Assembly (NCBI GenBank): GCA_963847445.1
Contig: CAWJZV010000018.1
Span: 1-64,000 of the forward strand
Reading direction: 5' to 3'
DNA length: 64,000 nucleotides
Source: an uncultured delta proteobacterium
GTDB lineage: Bacteria; Desulfobacterota; Binatia; UBA9968
The notes beneath the pieces were generated by a model, which worked only from the letters and a program-made list of their open reading frames with translations, did no database searches and had not been told where the DNA came from. The position numbers and the translations under genes were made by a program. Shown here piece by piece: positions 10,928-26,138 of this stretch; within the stretch, counting starts at the first letter, position 1, and the number at the start of each line of letters is the position of its first letter.

Positions 10928-11766
10928 TTAGCTTCTTTTTTCATTGGCGCTGACGACACGATCGGCCGCGGCGGCGAGCTGTTCGGTGATCGGCGTGTCG
11001 GTGTTGAGTAGCCGCGCCAGCTCGGCCACCAGTGGAATATCTTTGTTCAACACATTGCGGCCCGAGTGCGGCAGCGGATCGCTGCCGCTTGGATCAAAGG
11101 TGCGTTGCCAGCGATTCAGGACGCTGTCATGGCCGATGCGCCGCATCATTTCGAGCGCTTTGGGGTACGGGATGCCGCCGGCGATGCCGATCTGAATCGC
11201 TTCATGGACGATCAAGCGTCTCGGCGCCGCCGAGCATGTTCTTGATCAACTTGCCCACCGCGCCGGTGCCGATCGGTCCCATGTGAAAAACTTCCTGGCT
11301 CATCTTTAGCAGATGGGGTTTGGCGCGCTCGACCAAATCTTCCGGCCCGCCGACAACGAAGCTCAACTTGCCGGCGCGCACCGTGTTTGGCACGCCGGTC
11401 ATGCAGGCATCGATGACGTGCACGCCCTTGGCCCGCGCCGCGGCTTCGACGCTCGTGACCGTCTGCGGCAGAATCGAACTATGGAGCAACACGAGCGTGC
11501 CCGGCGCCGCCGCTTCGAATCACACCGTTCGGCCCAGCATGCAATCGAGCATGTCTTGGTCCGTGCGCACCACGACATCGATGAGCGTCGGCGCGCTTCG
11601 CGACTTCCGCCACGTTGGCGACCGCGGTAAATCCCAGCTGGCGCGCCTCCGCCAACGCCGGCGCATAGGCATCGTAGCAGACGACCTCGCCGACACCGGC
11701 GAGCTTGAGCCGCTCCAGGAGCGCCAAACCCATGGCGCCGGTGCCGATCATGCCGATCGTTTCCAT
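10928..11766 (-). CDS. NAD(P)-dependent oxidoreductase, 3-hydroxyisobutyrate dehydrogenase family (frameshifted)
   Basis: IGMIGTGAMG Rossmann motif, HSSILP, GPIGTGAVGKLIKN, KDI. Confidence 0.88.
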
Positions 11767-11769
11767 CGC

Positions 11770-12287
11770 CGCTCCCGATGCCCTGTCGCGTTTCAAGGTT
11801 GGTTGTTCTTTGCGCTGGCGCAGATAGGTGCGCAGAAAATAATTCTCGAACGATCCCATGGCATGCTCTTCGACGCGTTTTTTGCCGCTCCGTTCTTGGA
11901 ATTCGAGGTACAAGCATCCCGCCGCTGCGGCGCAGGGACAAGATCGGCATGGCCCGATTTTCGACGTAGCTGCCCACGGTGCGCAGGGTCTGCGACAGGC
12001 GAAAATAATCGGGAACTGATTGGGGTCTTTGCGCATCGACTCGCCGCGGATCTGCAGCCAAAGGACGCTCTTTAACGCGTAATGAATTTCGACGCTGCGC
12101 TCGGCTGCGGACCAACCTTCTGACCGAGAACTTTGTCGACCCAACGTTGCTCCAACGGCGCAATCCGTTTGCCGCGCACGACGAATTCGCCGTCCTGCCA
12201 TGCCAACGAAAAATCCTGCACGCCCCGTTCTTCCAAAGATTGGCCGATGACGCGCAGGACTTGGGAGTAAGACCAACCCTCAAACAT
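11770..12287 (-). CDS. Hypothetical protein (frameshifted; end approximate)
   Basis: Coherent protein across frames with an internal repeat YSQVLRVIGQSLE / LSQTLRTVGSYVE. Confidence 0.55.
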
Positions 12288-12444
12288 AACCTAAGTCGAC
12301 TCCAGCGTTACGAAAAACATCGTCATATTCACTCGAACAGAAATTGCCGTACGCTCTTTGAGCACCGTCTGCGAGCGAGTCGCAACCGGCGCAGCTCGAC
12401 ACCGCAGGGCGTGATCGCACTTCGAGGATTAACCAACCAGATAG

Positions 12445-12565
12445 CAGCTATTGTTTGTAGAGTCGATCAATAAGCCGGACTTTTCCAGCTCGGCGATCAG
12501 CGAATTGTCGACGAACCGCTGGGTTCGCGCTCTGCCCACCGGATGATTGGCGAAGTTGATCTTCG
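12445..12565 (-). pseudogene. C-terminal remnant of an SsuA-like substrate-binding protein
   Basis: FVDNSLIAELEKSG resembles the terminus of the SBP at 47206 (LIDSRLIRKLDESGFID). Confidence 0.5.
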
Positions 12566-12618
12566 TCTGAACGCTGAGACATATGTCGACAACCAAAGAC
12601 GATAATGGGCTTGCGAGC

Positions 12619-14227
12619 TCACCAGCCCAGGGCGTAGCCGACCCGGCGCGGATCGGCGCCGCCCAAGCCACGTACCATTGTCACGGTCGCGCACGATGAC
12701 CTTGGCGCTGCCGAACGACCAACGATCGACGACGGTGACTATATGCCCCTTGGCGCGAAGCGCATCGAGTGTCGCGCTCGGATACCCGTCTTCCATGCGC
12801 AGCGCTTCGGGCAGCTGATCCCGCGGCGGGGTGCCCGGCATGTGGCTCCAGCGCGGCGCTTCGACGGCGGACTGCGGGTCCATGTCGAGGTCGACCAGGT
12901 CGTGAATGATTTGAAAATTGGTCTGCGGTTGATCGTCGGCGCCCGGGCTGCCGCCCACTGCGAAGACTTCGCCGCCGCGAAAGACCATGTACGTGTTGAG
13001 CGTGTGCGCCGGCCGCTTGCCGGGCTTGAGCGCGTTGGCCTTGCTCGGATCGAGACCGAAGCTGCATAGCCGGTTGTTCATGATCACGCCGGTGTCGCCG
13101 GCGATCACCCGCGAGCCGAAGGGCGCGAAGATGCTCTGAATGAACGAGATCGCGTTGCCGTCGCGGTCGGTGGCGCAGAGATAGGTCGTGTCGCTGCTTT
13201 GATGACCCGCCGAGACCGCCGGCCGGCGCAGAATCTCGTCGACGAGCTGACGCCGCTTGGCGGCATGTGCTTTGGAAATCAATCGGGCAATGATCTTGGC
13301 ATCGCCAAACGCCGGATCTTCGAGATACTTGATGCGATCTTCAAAGGCCAGTTTTTTGGCGGCGATTTGATAATGCAGCATCTCCGCCTGGCTCATGCTG
13401 CCATCGTGAAACGGCCAGGCCTCGGCGATGTTGAGCATCTCCAGGACCATGAAGCCTTGGGACACCGGCGGCTGCTCGTACACCAGTGGTGTCGCGATAG
13501 GTGGACGCCAGCGGCTCGAGCCACTGGCAAACCACCGGCTGCAAGTCTTCCGGCGCGAGCATGCCGCCTTCGGCCTTGACCGTCGCGCAAATCTTGTCGG
13601 CAATCTCACCGGAATAAAAACCGGCGCGGCCCTGACGCGCGATTTTTTCGAAGACGCCGGCCAAGCCCGGTTGCACGAGAATCTTACCCGGCTTGGCCGC
13701 GCCGAAGGGCTGGCGATAATATTTGTCGACCCAGGGATAGTTCCGGCGCCAACTCATGCACCGCTTCGGAAAATTCCAGAGAAATCGGGAAACCCTCGCG
13801 GCCGATGCGCACGGCGTCGGCGGTCAAGCGCGGCAAATCGACGGTGCCGTATTTCTTGTGCAGTTCGAGCCAGCCGTCGACGGCGCCGGGCACGGCGATG
13901 GCGAGCGGCCCGTATTGCGGAATGCTTTTCAAGCCGCGCCGGTGAAACTCTTCGATGCTCGCCTTGGCCGGCGCCGGGCCGCTGGCGTTGAGCGCTTCGA
14001 CCTTGCCGGTTTTCTTCATCGTACACCAGGGCGAACAGATCGCCGCCGGGCCCGCTGGTTTCGGGTTTAACCACCGCGGAGACGAAAGCCGCGGCGAGCG
14101 CGGCATCAACCGCGTTACCGCCTTCCTTGAGAATCTCGACGCCGGCGAGCGACGCCAGATAATGACCGGACGAAACCATGCCGTTCTGGCCCATGATGAC
14201 GGGACGGGCTGCTTTTGAGAATTTCAT
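12619..14227 (-). CDS. ggt: Gamma-glutamyltransferase family protein (frameshifted)
   Basis: GGNAVDAA, SGPGGDLF, VPGAVDGW, DTTYLCATDRDGNA, PGKRPAHTL, GGADPRR. Confidence 0.9.
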
Positions 14228-15286
14228 GCGCTCCTAATCGCAAGAATTTTCGCGGCAGGGTTACTGGACATGCCGAGGATTTTGGCTGCGTTCCGTCGAG
14301 AATCTTGGCTTTGTCAGTCTCATCGAGATCGAGGCCGTCGATGGCTTGCAGACTGTTGCGCAGCAGGATGCAGCCCTCTTGCGGGCCATAGGGATAGTTG
14401 CGTTCCCAGCACCATCCGCTCCGGCGTGAAGAAATCCTTGACGCAGCGCAGCGTCGATGCCGGATGATCCGCGGTGTCGACGTAAAAGCGCCGGAACGAA
14501 TCGAGCGGATTTTCTTGCAAGCCGTACTTGTGGCGAATCTCCTCGGTGCGGCCGGTGTAGATATTAATCGCCCGCTGGGCGAAGAACGCCAAGACGCCGC
14601 CGACATCGGCAACCACCCAGTTGATTTCCGGAAAGCGCTCCAGCACTCGGCCATAAACCAGCCGGGTCATCGCCACCGTGCAATCGTAGGCCCAGCCGAA
14701 GATCAGTGTCGGCATGATGTCGATGCCGCTCGAAACTGCGTCGCCAGCGGCGCGGTCGGATGGATATAGACCGGCAGTTTATACTTGGCCAGCCGCTCAT
14801 AGATCGGAAACAGTTCTTCGCGGTCCAACGCCTGGCTGTTTAGATTGGCGAAGCCGCCGAAGCCGCGCAAGCCCAACTCGTTGACCGATCTTTCCAACTC
14901 GTCAAGCGACGCCTTGATATTGCACGTCGGCAGGGTGAAGAAACCGATGAAACGTTTGGGATGCTGACGCGCGATGGCGGCGATGGCGTCATTGGCGATG
15001 CGCGGCAATTCGACTGGCGCCCTCGCCCTCGAAGCGGTCCGCCCCGGGCGCCGGGATCGTCAACACATGAATGTCGACGCCATGCTGATCCATATGCTGT
15101 AAGCGGCGTTCGATGTTCTGCCCTTGCAGCGTGCAGGTGTTGATCCGGCAGGCGAGCTTCTTGTCGTAAAAATAGCTCATGCCGCTATGCGGATCGGGCG
15201 CTTCGAGAATCACCACGCCGTCGCTGCCGCTTCATCTCGGCGAGATAGGCTTCGGGAAATAGATGGGCCTGAAAATCGATGATCAT
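14224..15286 (-). CDS. Amidohydrolase family protein (frameshifted)
   Basis: IIDFQAH, NDAIAAIARQHPKRF, VYIHP, FYVDTA, YPY. Confidence 0.85.
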
Positions 15287-15315
15287 GCTAGGTTGCCGCT
15301 CCTGAACAAGCGCTC

Positions 15316-16350
15316 CTATAAGCCGTATAACGCGCGCGCGTTGTCGTCGAGAATCCGGTTCACCACCGGCGTCGGAATCGTCCCGTCTTCTTTCAGTTTG
15401 CGCAGCGCCAAAATCTCCGACGAGGTATCGTTGTGGCCGTAGTCGGTGCCGATCACCAACATGTCGTCGCCGGAGATATTTCAGCACGTAGGGCAGATCG
15501 TCATCGGTCTGGCAGGCCACCCAGATGTTGTTCTTGCGCAGCACTTGGGATCTTGTCGATCTTGGCGCTGCCGCCACGCTCGAAGCGCCGGGCGTAATCG
15601 TGAATCGCGTAGGGCACCCACTGGGCGCTGACTTCGATAAACGCCCACTTGGTCTTGGGAAACTTTTCCGGAATCTTGTAGAAAATCAGCGAGTGAAACG
15701 AACCGACGACGGCGAGCTTGAAACGGTTGAAGCCGCACTCGTCGGCGAAATAATCATGCACGGCAAAACTGCCGGTGGCCGAGTGCACGCAAATCGGCAG
15801 ATCGAGCTTGCCGGCTTCTTCGTAGAGCGGATAAAAATAGCCATCGTGCAGCCGCTTGTCGCCTTCCAGGCCGCGAATGAAAATGCCGCAGGCGCCGTTT
15901 TCTTTCGCGTAACGCGCTTCTTCGATGGCTTTGTCCATCGACAGCAGCGGCAGCAGCGCCACCCAGCGCAGGCGATTCGGCGCAGCTTTCCAGATATCGA
16001 TCAGCCAGCGGTTGTAAGAGCGCGCTAAGGCCAACTCGACATCGGGCCGCCGGGTAAACGGCCGCAAGCAAAAGGTTGGATAGAGCACTTGAACGTCGAT
16101 GTTGAGCTCATCCATATGCTGGAGCCGGGCGTTGATATCCTCCATCTCGCGCGCTTCACGGGAAGTATCGGCGCCGACGTTGCGCGCTTTGCCCAGATAG
16201 AGTGCCGTCGATCAACCAGGATTCACCGCCCGAGCTCGGGTCGTTGGGTGTCGGCACGATCCGCGGTGTGAGCGCCCGCTCGGACGCCAACATATAGTCC
16301 CAGGTATGTTCGGTCTCGAGCACATGGGCATCGGAATCGATCACTGCCAT
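15316..16350 (-). CDS. Amidohydrolase family protein (frameshifted)
   Basis: IDSDAHVLE, VQVLYPT, YNRWL, GTDYGHND, NARALYGL. Confidence 0.88.
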
Positions 16351-16352
16351 GG

Positions 16353-16571
16353 TTAAAGTCCTCCTAAGCGAGATTTTGTGCCGCCGCTGTTTTGATTCAC
16401 ACCGGCTTTTTCGGTTTTCGAACCGACCGAACTATTACAGCGCTGACAAGTGTAGTCGTACATCTCACCGTCGGGCAATACCAGCAATAAGCGCTGGCGC
16501 ACCGGCATCGCCTGGCCGCACTTATTGCAGTAGAGCAAACTGGCATTGAATTGACCGTAGGATTCCGCCAT
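16353..16571 (-). CDS. Small zinc-ribbon protein
   Basis: CNKC and CQRC pairs; immediately downstream of fusA. Confidence 0.75.
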   Translation of the reverse strand: MAESYGQFNASLLYCNKCGQAMPVRQRLLLVLPDGEMYDYTCQRCNSSVGSKTEKAGVNQNSGGTKSRLGGL

Positions 16572-16579
16572 GGCAACAC

Positions 16580-18696
16580 TTACGCGTGGGCTCGATGCTC
16601 ACCCTCTTGCTCAGCCATCTTGCGCGCCTTGGTTTCCTTTGATCACTCTTCTCCGCCAAATGCGCCGGCAGCTCTTCATAGTGCGCGAACTCGAGATGAA
16701 ACTCACCCCGGCCGCTGGTGATGGCGCGCAGATCGGCGGCATACTTGAGCACTTCAGCCATCGGCACTTTGGCTTTGATGACTTGCGTATGTCCCTTGGT
16801 CTCCATGCCCACCACCTTGCCGCGCCGGCTGTTGAGATCGCCGATGACGTCGCCCATGCATTCGTCGGGCACCGATACTTCCATGTTCATGATCGGTTCG
16901 AGCAGCACCGGCTTGGCTTTTTCGACGGCGTTTCGAAATCCCATGGACGCGGCGATCTTAAACGCCATGTCCGAAGAATCGACATCGTGGTAGGAGCCAT
17001 CGTAGAGGGTCGCCCTGACATCGACCATGGGATATCCGGCCAGGTAGCCGCCCGCCATCGCTTCTCGAATCCCCTTCTCCACCGCCGGGATATAATTGCG
17101 CGGGATCGCGCCGCCGACGATCTTGTCGACGAATTCAAAACCGGCACCATGGGGCAGCGGCTCGACTTTGATCCAGGTATCGCCAAACTGGCCGTGGCCG
17201 CCGGTCTGTTTTTTTTGCCGGCCCTGGGCGCTGGCGCTGCCGCGAATGGTTTCTTTGTACGGCACCTTGGGCGCTTTGAGCACTACCTCGGCGCCATATT
17301 TGCGTTTCAATTTCTCGACGGCGATTTCAATGTGCTGCTGGCCCATGCCGGATAAAATAAAATCGCGGGTCTCCTCGTCGCGATGCAGTTCGATGGTCTG
17401 ATCTTCCTCGCGTCATGCGATGCAAGCCTTGGGCAGCTTGTCTTCGTCGGCTTTGCTCTTCGGTTCCAAGGCAAACGAAATGTTCGGCGTGAAGTGCACC
17501 GGTCCGTCATATTGAATCGGCGCCTTTTCGTCGCACAGCGTATCGCCGGTGGCGATGTCCTTGAACTTGGCGACGGCAACGATCTCGCCGGCCAGCGCTT
17601 CCTTGACCGCCTCCTGCTTCTTGCCTTCGAGGCGAAATATATGGCCGACCTTTTCGCGAATTTGCCGGCTTGGCACATAGGCCGTCAGGTCGGAGGTGAG
17701 CTTGCCGGAAAGCACGCGCAGAATCGACAGCTTGCCGGCGAATGGATCGATCACGGTCTTGAATACATAGGCCGAAAACGGCGCGTCGGGATCATGGTTG
17801 CGCTTGAGCGCTTCTTCGTTCGCCGGATTCTTGCCTTCGAACTCCGCCTCATCGAGAGGCGCGGGCAAATAGTCGGTCACCGCATCGAGCAGCTGCGCGA
17901 CGCCGATCTGGCGCAGCGGCGAACCGAACAGAATCGGAAAAATCCGCCGCTCCCGGGTGGCGTCACGGATGGCCTTTTTCATTTCATCCGCCGAGAACTC
18001 TTTACCGTCGAGAAACTTCTCGATCAGCTCGTCATCGAATTCGGAAATCATCCTCGATTCAATTTCTCGCGCCACTCCTGCGCCTCGTCCTTGAGCTCGG
18101 CGGGAATATCGGTTTCCGCGTATTTGCCCGTGTCGCCCTCATAGATGAAACGCCTTCATCGCCACCAGGTCGACGACGCCTTTAAAACCGCCCTCAGTGC
18201 CGATCGGCATCTGCAAGTAAATCCCCTTAGCGCCTAAAGATTCCAACATGGGCGCGATACGCTCGCGAATATCGGCCTGCTCGTGATCCATCTTGCTCAC
18301 GAATAGCAAACGGCTGACGCCGTCTTCATCCGCGCGCGCCCATAAGCGCTCCGATTCGACGCGCACGCCGACGGTGGGATTGAGGACAAAAACGGCACCG
18401 CCCATGGCGCGGATGCTGTTGATCGAGTCGGCCAGAAACGCCGCGTAACCCGGCGTGTCGATCAACGTGATGCTATGTTTCTTCCAAGCCAAGGAGTGAA
18501 ACGCCGTCGAGATCGTGACCCGATGTTTGATCTCTTCCGGCTCATAATCGAGCACTGAAGTGCCGTCTAGGACCTTGCCCAGCCGCTGAGTCGCCCCCGC
18601 CGCAAACAACATCGCCTCGCCTAATGAGGTTTTTCCCGAACCTCCCTGACCCAGAATGCCGACGTTACGCAGTTTATCGAACTCGGTTGCAGCCAT
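16580..18696 (-). CDS. fusA: Elongation factor G (divergent EF-G2-like; frameshifted)
   Basis: GQGGSGKT, DTPG, SKMD, KKQTGGHGQFG, DGSYHDVDSSDMAFK, LLEPIM. Confidence 0.92.
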
Positions 18697-18740
18697 ACAA
18701 AGGATTCCTCCTTCCAAATTCCGCTCGGTTGCTATTTTCC

Positions 18741-19517
18741 TTATTGCCTCGTTACTGCATTCCTTTCATGGATGATGCGCAAGCCGTCAAGAGTTAAAAA
18801 TTCGTCGACTTCGTCAATGGTCGCGCACTCCGACGCCACCAACGGCGCCAAGCCGCCGGTGGCGACGACTTTGACCCGGATGTTCTGTTCCTGTTGAATT
18901 CGCTTGACCAGGCCGTCGACCAGCCCGACATAACCGTAAAAAATTCCCGCCTGAATCGAGTTGACGGTATTGCGGCCGATCACTTCCTTCGGTTTGACAA
19001 TTTCGATGCGCGGCAACTTCGACGCCCGCTGCACCAGCGCTTCGAGGGAAATCGACAGCCCTGGCGCGATCGCGCCGCCGATGTATTCGCCTTTTGGCGA
19101 GATTAGATCGATGGTCGTAGCCGTGCCGAAGTCGACGACGATGCAAGCGTCGCGATACTTGTCGTAGGCGGCGATGCCGTTGACGATGCGGTCGGCGCCG
19201 ACATCCTTGGGGTTCTCGTAAAGAATCGGCATGCCGGTTTTGATGCCGGGGCCGACGAAGAGAGGCTCGCGATCGAAAAACCGGGCGGCGAATTCTTGCG
19301 TCGTGGTGAGCATGGGCGGCACCACGCAGGAAACCGCGATGGCCGAAATTTGCGCGCAGCGAAAACCGCCATGCTCGACCAGCTGGGTTAAGATGACGCC
19401 GTATTCATCGGCGGTGCGCTCCGCTTGCGTCGCCAGGCGCCAATGGGTGATGAGTTTCTTGCCTTGGTACAGGCCAAGAACGATGTTGGTGTTACCGATG
19501 TCGATGGCAAGCAGCAT
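18741..19517 (-). CDS. coaX: Type III pantothenate kinase
   Basis: [26 protein letters not shown]. Confidence 0.96.
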   Translation of the reverse strand: MLLAIDIGNTNIVLGLYQGKKLITHWRLATQAERTADEYGVILTQLVEHGGFRCAQISAIAVSCVVPPMLTTTQEFAARFFDREPLFVGPGIKTGMPILYENPKDVGADRIVNGIAAYDKYRDACIVVDFGTATTIDLISPKGEYIGGAIAPGLSISLEALVQRASKLPRIEIVKPKEVIGRNTVNSIQAGIFYGYVGLVDGLVKRIQQEQNIRVKVVATGGLAPLVASECATIDEVDEFLTLDGLRIIHERNAVTRQ

Positions 19518-19527
19518 GAATTGCGTG

Positions 19528-20365
19528 TCAATTCTCCACTAAAATCACATCGCCGGCGAGGATCCTCCGGGCGCTGCCGCCGTCATCAACGATCACCAGG
19601 GCGCCATCGCGATCGATGCCTTGGGCAGTTCCCGCGGTCACTTGATCGAGTAACTCGACCCGCACGCGCCGCCCGCGCCAGGCTGAAATAACTCTCCCAA
19701 CGGGCCGCCAAAGCAGCGAAGCCAGCTTGTTCAAGCTCTCCATAACACCGCTCGATACCTTGAATCAATCGTTGCAGAAAGCTTTCCCGATGGACCGCAT
19801 GGCCGGCCACTTCCAGCACCGAGGTGGCGCGCCGGCGAATCTCTTCAGGCATCGCCGCGCCGGCGTAATTGAGATTGACGCCGATGCCCAAAATCGCATA
19901 CTCCAGGCGCTCGGCCGAGCAGGCCGCTTCCGTGAGTATGCCGGCAAGCTTTTTACCGCCAATGAGAATGTCGTTGGGCCATTTGATGGCGGGCCGCTCC
20001 GGCACGAACGCCTCGACCACTTCGGCCACCGCCACCGCCGCCATCAAAGTGATCTGCGCCGCATGGGCCGGCGCAAGTTTCGGCCGCAGTATTATCGAGA
20101 CATAGAGATTGGCGAATGGCGGTGATTCCCAGCGCCGCCCTAAACGACCGCGTCCATGACTCTGCGATTCGGCGACCACCAGCTCGCCCTCGGCTGCGCC
20201 TAACTCGGCGCGCTCACGGGCATAGCTGTTGGTCGAGCCGATCTCGTGAAAATAGTGAATGGTCTTGCCGAAGCGGCCGGCACCGAGGCGTTGCCGCACC
20301 CGTGCGACATCCATGGCAGCGAACCCCGCGCCCGGCGCTGATGAAACGGTCTTGGCTTCAGACAT
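19528..20365 (-). CDS. birA: Biotin--[acetyl-CoA-carboxylase] ligase (frameshift near 19680)
   Basis: [27 protein letters not shown]. Confidence 0.93.
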
Positions 20366-21207
20366 TCATGGTGATTTTCATGTTGAAGTCGACCACCGGC
20401 GCCGAATGGGTGAGCGCGCCGGAGGAAATAAAATCGACGCCGGTCTCGGCGACTTGGCGGATCGATTCCAAGGTAATGCCGCCGGAAGCTTCGACGCCGG
20501 CGCGCTTGTTGATCAGCTTCACCGCTTCGGCCATCTGCGCCAGGTTCATGTTGTCGAGCATGATGACATCGGCGCCGGCATCGAGAGCTTCCTGCACTTG
20601 CTTCAGGTTGCCCGCCTCGACTTCGACCTTGGCCATGAACGGCGCGTGGCGGCGCACCGCCTTGACCGCTTCGGCGATGGAGCCGGTGGCTTCGATGTGA
20701 TTGTCCTTGACCAAAGCGGCGTCGTAGAGACCGATGCGATGATTGGTGCCGCCGCCCATGCGCACGGCGTACTTCTGTAAGGTGCGCAGCCCCGGCGTGG
20801 TCTTGCGCGTATCGAGAACTTTGCAGGGAAAATCTTTGACCGCATCGACCAATTTTCTCGTCAAAGTAGCCGTGCCGGACAGTTGTTGCAAGAAATTCAG
20901 CGCCGTGCGCTCGCCCAAGAGCAGCGCGCGCACCGGTCCAATCGCTTCGGCGACCACAGTGCCGGACTTCACCGCAGTGCCGTCTTTGACCAGCAAACGA
21001 ACCTCGACTCTGATGATCGATGAAATAAAAAATCCGGTCGAGCAGCACCAAGCCGGCGACCACGCCGTCCTTCTTGGCGCGGAACAGCCCCTTGCCGCGC
21101 GCGTCCGCCGATATCGTCGCCATGGTCGCCAGATCGCCGGCGCCGATATCTTCGTCCAGCGCATCGCGGATCAACCGTTCAATCTGTGGGCTGACGTGGA
21201 TGTCCAT
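20358..21207 (-). CDS. nadC: Nicotinate-nucleotide diphosphorylase (frameshift near 21015)
   Basis: ALDEDIG, ERTALN, DTRKTTPG, KDNH, MLDN, EASGGI. Confidence 0.95.
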
Positions 21208-21211
21208 AAAA

Positions 21212-23971
<2,760 letters not shown>

Positions 23972-23991
23972 TTTTGTCTTAATCCTGGAGC

Positions 23992-24490
23992 TCAGCCGTT
24001 CCCTTCCTCGTCCTCCACCACGTCGACCAATTCAATTACGTTGTCGGCAGCTGGCGGCGCAGCGGCGGATTTCTCGCTTTTCTGGCCGCGCGCCTTTATC
24101 GGCGCAGCGGCGCGGGGTTCGATCTTTCTTCCCGCCGGCGGCGCTCCGGCCGGCGCATTGAGACACTCGAACAGCGCTTTGTGCAACTGCTCGCGTTGCA
24201 CCGGCGGTTTTCAGATTTACCCAATTGGCGCGCGCCGGCGATGCAGACAGTTCCCTGTCGTCGATCCACACCGTCGGCACTTGCCAACGTTCAATCGCCT
24301 TGAAATCTACCAGCGGTGGCTTCTCAGCCACCCGCAACGTCGCCGCATCGACGATTACCGCATCGACATCGGCCAACGCCGATGATTCCGGCAGCGTATC
24401 GAAAAACTGAATCCCATGATCCGGCGTCAGCGCCACGGCCAATGCATATCGCAGCATAAGGTTCGGTTCTATGATTAATAGTCGACTCAT
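23992..24490 (-). CDS. Hypothetical protein with atypical receiver-like domain (frameshifted)
   Basis: RLLIIEPN..DAVIVD pattern; C-terminal VIELVDVVE. Confidence 0.55.
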
Positions 24491-24568
24491 CTCGGCCCAT
24501 CACGCTGGTCAATCTTGACAACCCCACACCCCCAAGCTAGATACATATGGTTGTCAACGAGCTAGTGC

Positions 24569-24655
24569 GCGAAAGTGGCGGAATTGGTAGACGCGCAGGA
24601 CTCAGAATCCTGTGGGGTAACAGCCGTGGGGGTTCGATTCCCCCCTTTCGCACCA
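24569..24655 (+). tRNA. tRNA-Leu(CAG)
   Basis: GCGAAAG/CTTTCGC acceptor stem, anticodon loop CT-CAG-AA, long variable arm, GGTTCGATTCC, encoded CCA. Confidence 0.96.
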
Positions 24656-24785
24656 ACAAATATTTAACATACAAGCCAGCGATTCTCTAACGTTCGCCGC
24701 TTTCATCCCGCCAAGAAACGTCGCGTTAGTCCGGCCACGCTTCTCTTGGGGCTAAACCCATCGCTGTGATTAGTGGGAGCCTCTC

Positions 24786-25125
24786 ATGCTCAGGATCGGC
24801 CAGTTCATCGTCACCGCTTTGCTCCTGACCGCGCGTCACCGGCTGCTCAAACGATGCCGATCAAACTTCAGGAAAAAGTCCAGATTGGCAACGGGGCAGG
24901 GGTGTTTATCTGGCAAACTGCATCGCTTGCCATAGTAACGATCCTTCGAAGGACGGTTCCATCGGTCCGGCGATCGCCGGATCATCGAAAGAGTTACTCG
25001 AAGCCCGAGTGCTCTCCACCAGCTATCCGCCCAACTATAAACCGAAGCGGCCAACTAAGGTCATGCCCCAATTCCCATTTCTGAAAGAGGAGCTGCCTTA
25101 CTTGGCCGCTTATCTGGCGAAGTAG
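24786..25125 (+). CDS. Lipoprotein mono-heme cytochrome c (frameshift near 24835; absent from ORF track)
   Basis: MLRIGQFIVTALLLTA..VTGC lipobox, then RGRGVYLANCIACH, GPAIAG, VMPQF, LAAYL*. Confidence 0.85.
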
Positions 25126-25134
25126 AGTGAACGC

Positions 25135-25834
25135 TTAGGTCAGCGCGAGCGTTAACAAGAAAAGAATTCCGGTCAACAGAAAGCCGAACCACAGGGCGCC
25201 GCTAACGGAGTCTAAGGGCTTTTTGGTTGCGCCCTGGGTGCCGACCAAAGCGTTTGCTTCGACCGCCGCAATAATAACGATGACCAGCAACCAGTAGAAT
25301 ACACGGGAATCCGATTGATGGACCATGGCACCGTAATGACTCGCGGCGCCCATGAAGAAGAGCATGGGAATTGAAAACACTGTATTGGTTCTGGATGTCA
25401 GAGCCGCGCGCCGGCCCGCTCCCGCCGCCGCCGGCAACGCTTGTCCACCTGAAGCAACCTGATTGGTCGACGCCATGACGATCTGCTGTTTGGGCCAAAT
25501 CACCAGCCAGACGTTGAGAAACATCAGGGTTCCCATCAGCCCGCCCACGGTAATCGTCACGCCGTAGGGCGATGCAAAGAACACACTGCCGCCCATCTCA
25601 CCGAGGCGCATGATATAGATCAAGATACCGGCCAGGAACGTAACCATCGCGCCCCAGCGAAACCACCACAACGCACGCGGCAAAAGTTTTTGAATCGCGC
25701 CTACCCGTACGGGCGCTTCGGTTTCGGCAAAAAACGGCGTCTGGACAAAATTAAAATAGTAAAGAATACCAATCCAAGTCACGCCGGCCAAGAAAATGAA
25801 TCCACCGCAAGAAAAATAAAGTAAATTCGTGCAT
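25135..25834 (-). CDS. DUF989 / urate hydroxylase PuuD-like membrane protein lacking a cytochrome c domain
   Basis: LRWIHFLAGVTWIGILYYFNFVQ, WWFRWGA, FLNVWLVIWPKQ, SRTNTVFSIPMLFFM. Confidence 0.8.
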
Positions 25835-26138
25835 CGCTCGTCTCTCCTTTTGTCGTATCGTTTGATCAGTATGGTTACAAACAAACCAAATGGTATGTTG
25901 CGGTTTATATATTCGGGGATGGTCATTTTTGTCAAGGAATATTCACGTCTTTTGGCTTCGGCGAGAAGTTTCCCAGCGCCGCACAAGCCTCATGCGTCGG
26001 CAGCGATCGACACAGCGCAAGCGTCGCTACGACCATCACGATTAGCTTGACCTGACTAGGGATCTATGACATTTTTCCTGCTATCTTTTCTGGCCGGCCC
26101 GTGGAGATTATCTGATCCAAGAGAGCGAATCTGGGACG

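Noticed and set aside
11479-12276. Apparent fusion of a hypothetical protein to the NAD(P) dehydrogenase
   Set aside because: The region is indel-rich and the dehydrogenase has its own GGAG RBS and ATG at 11766
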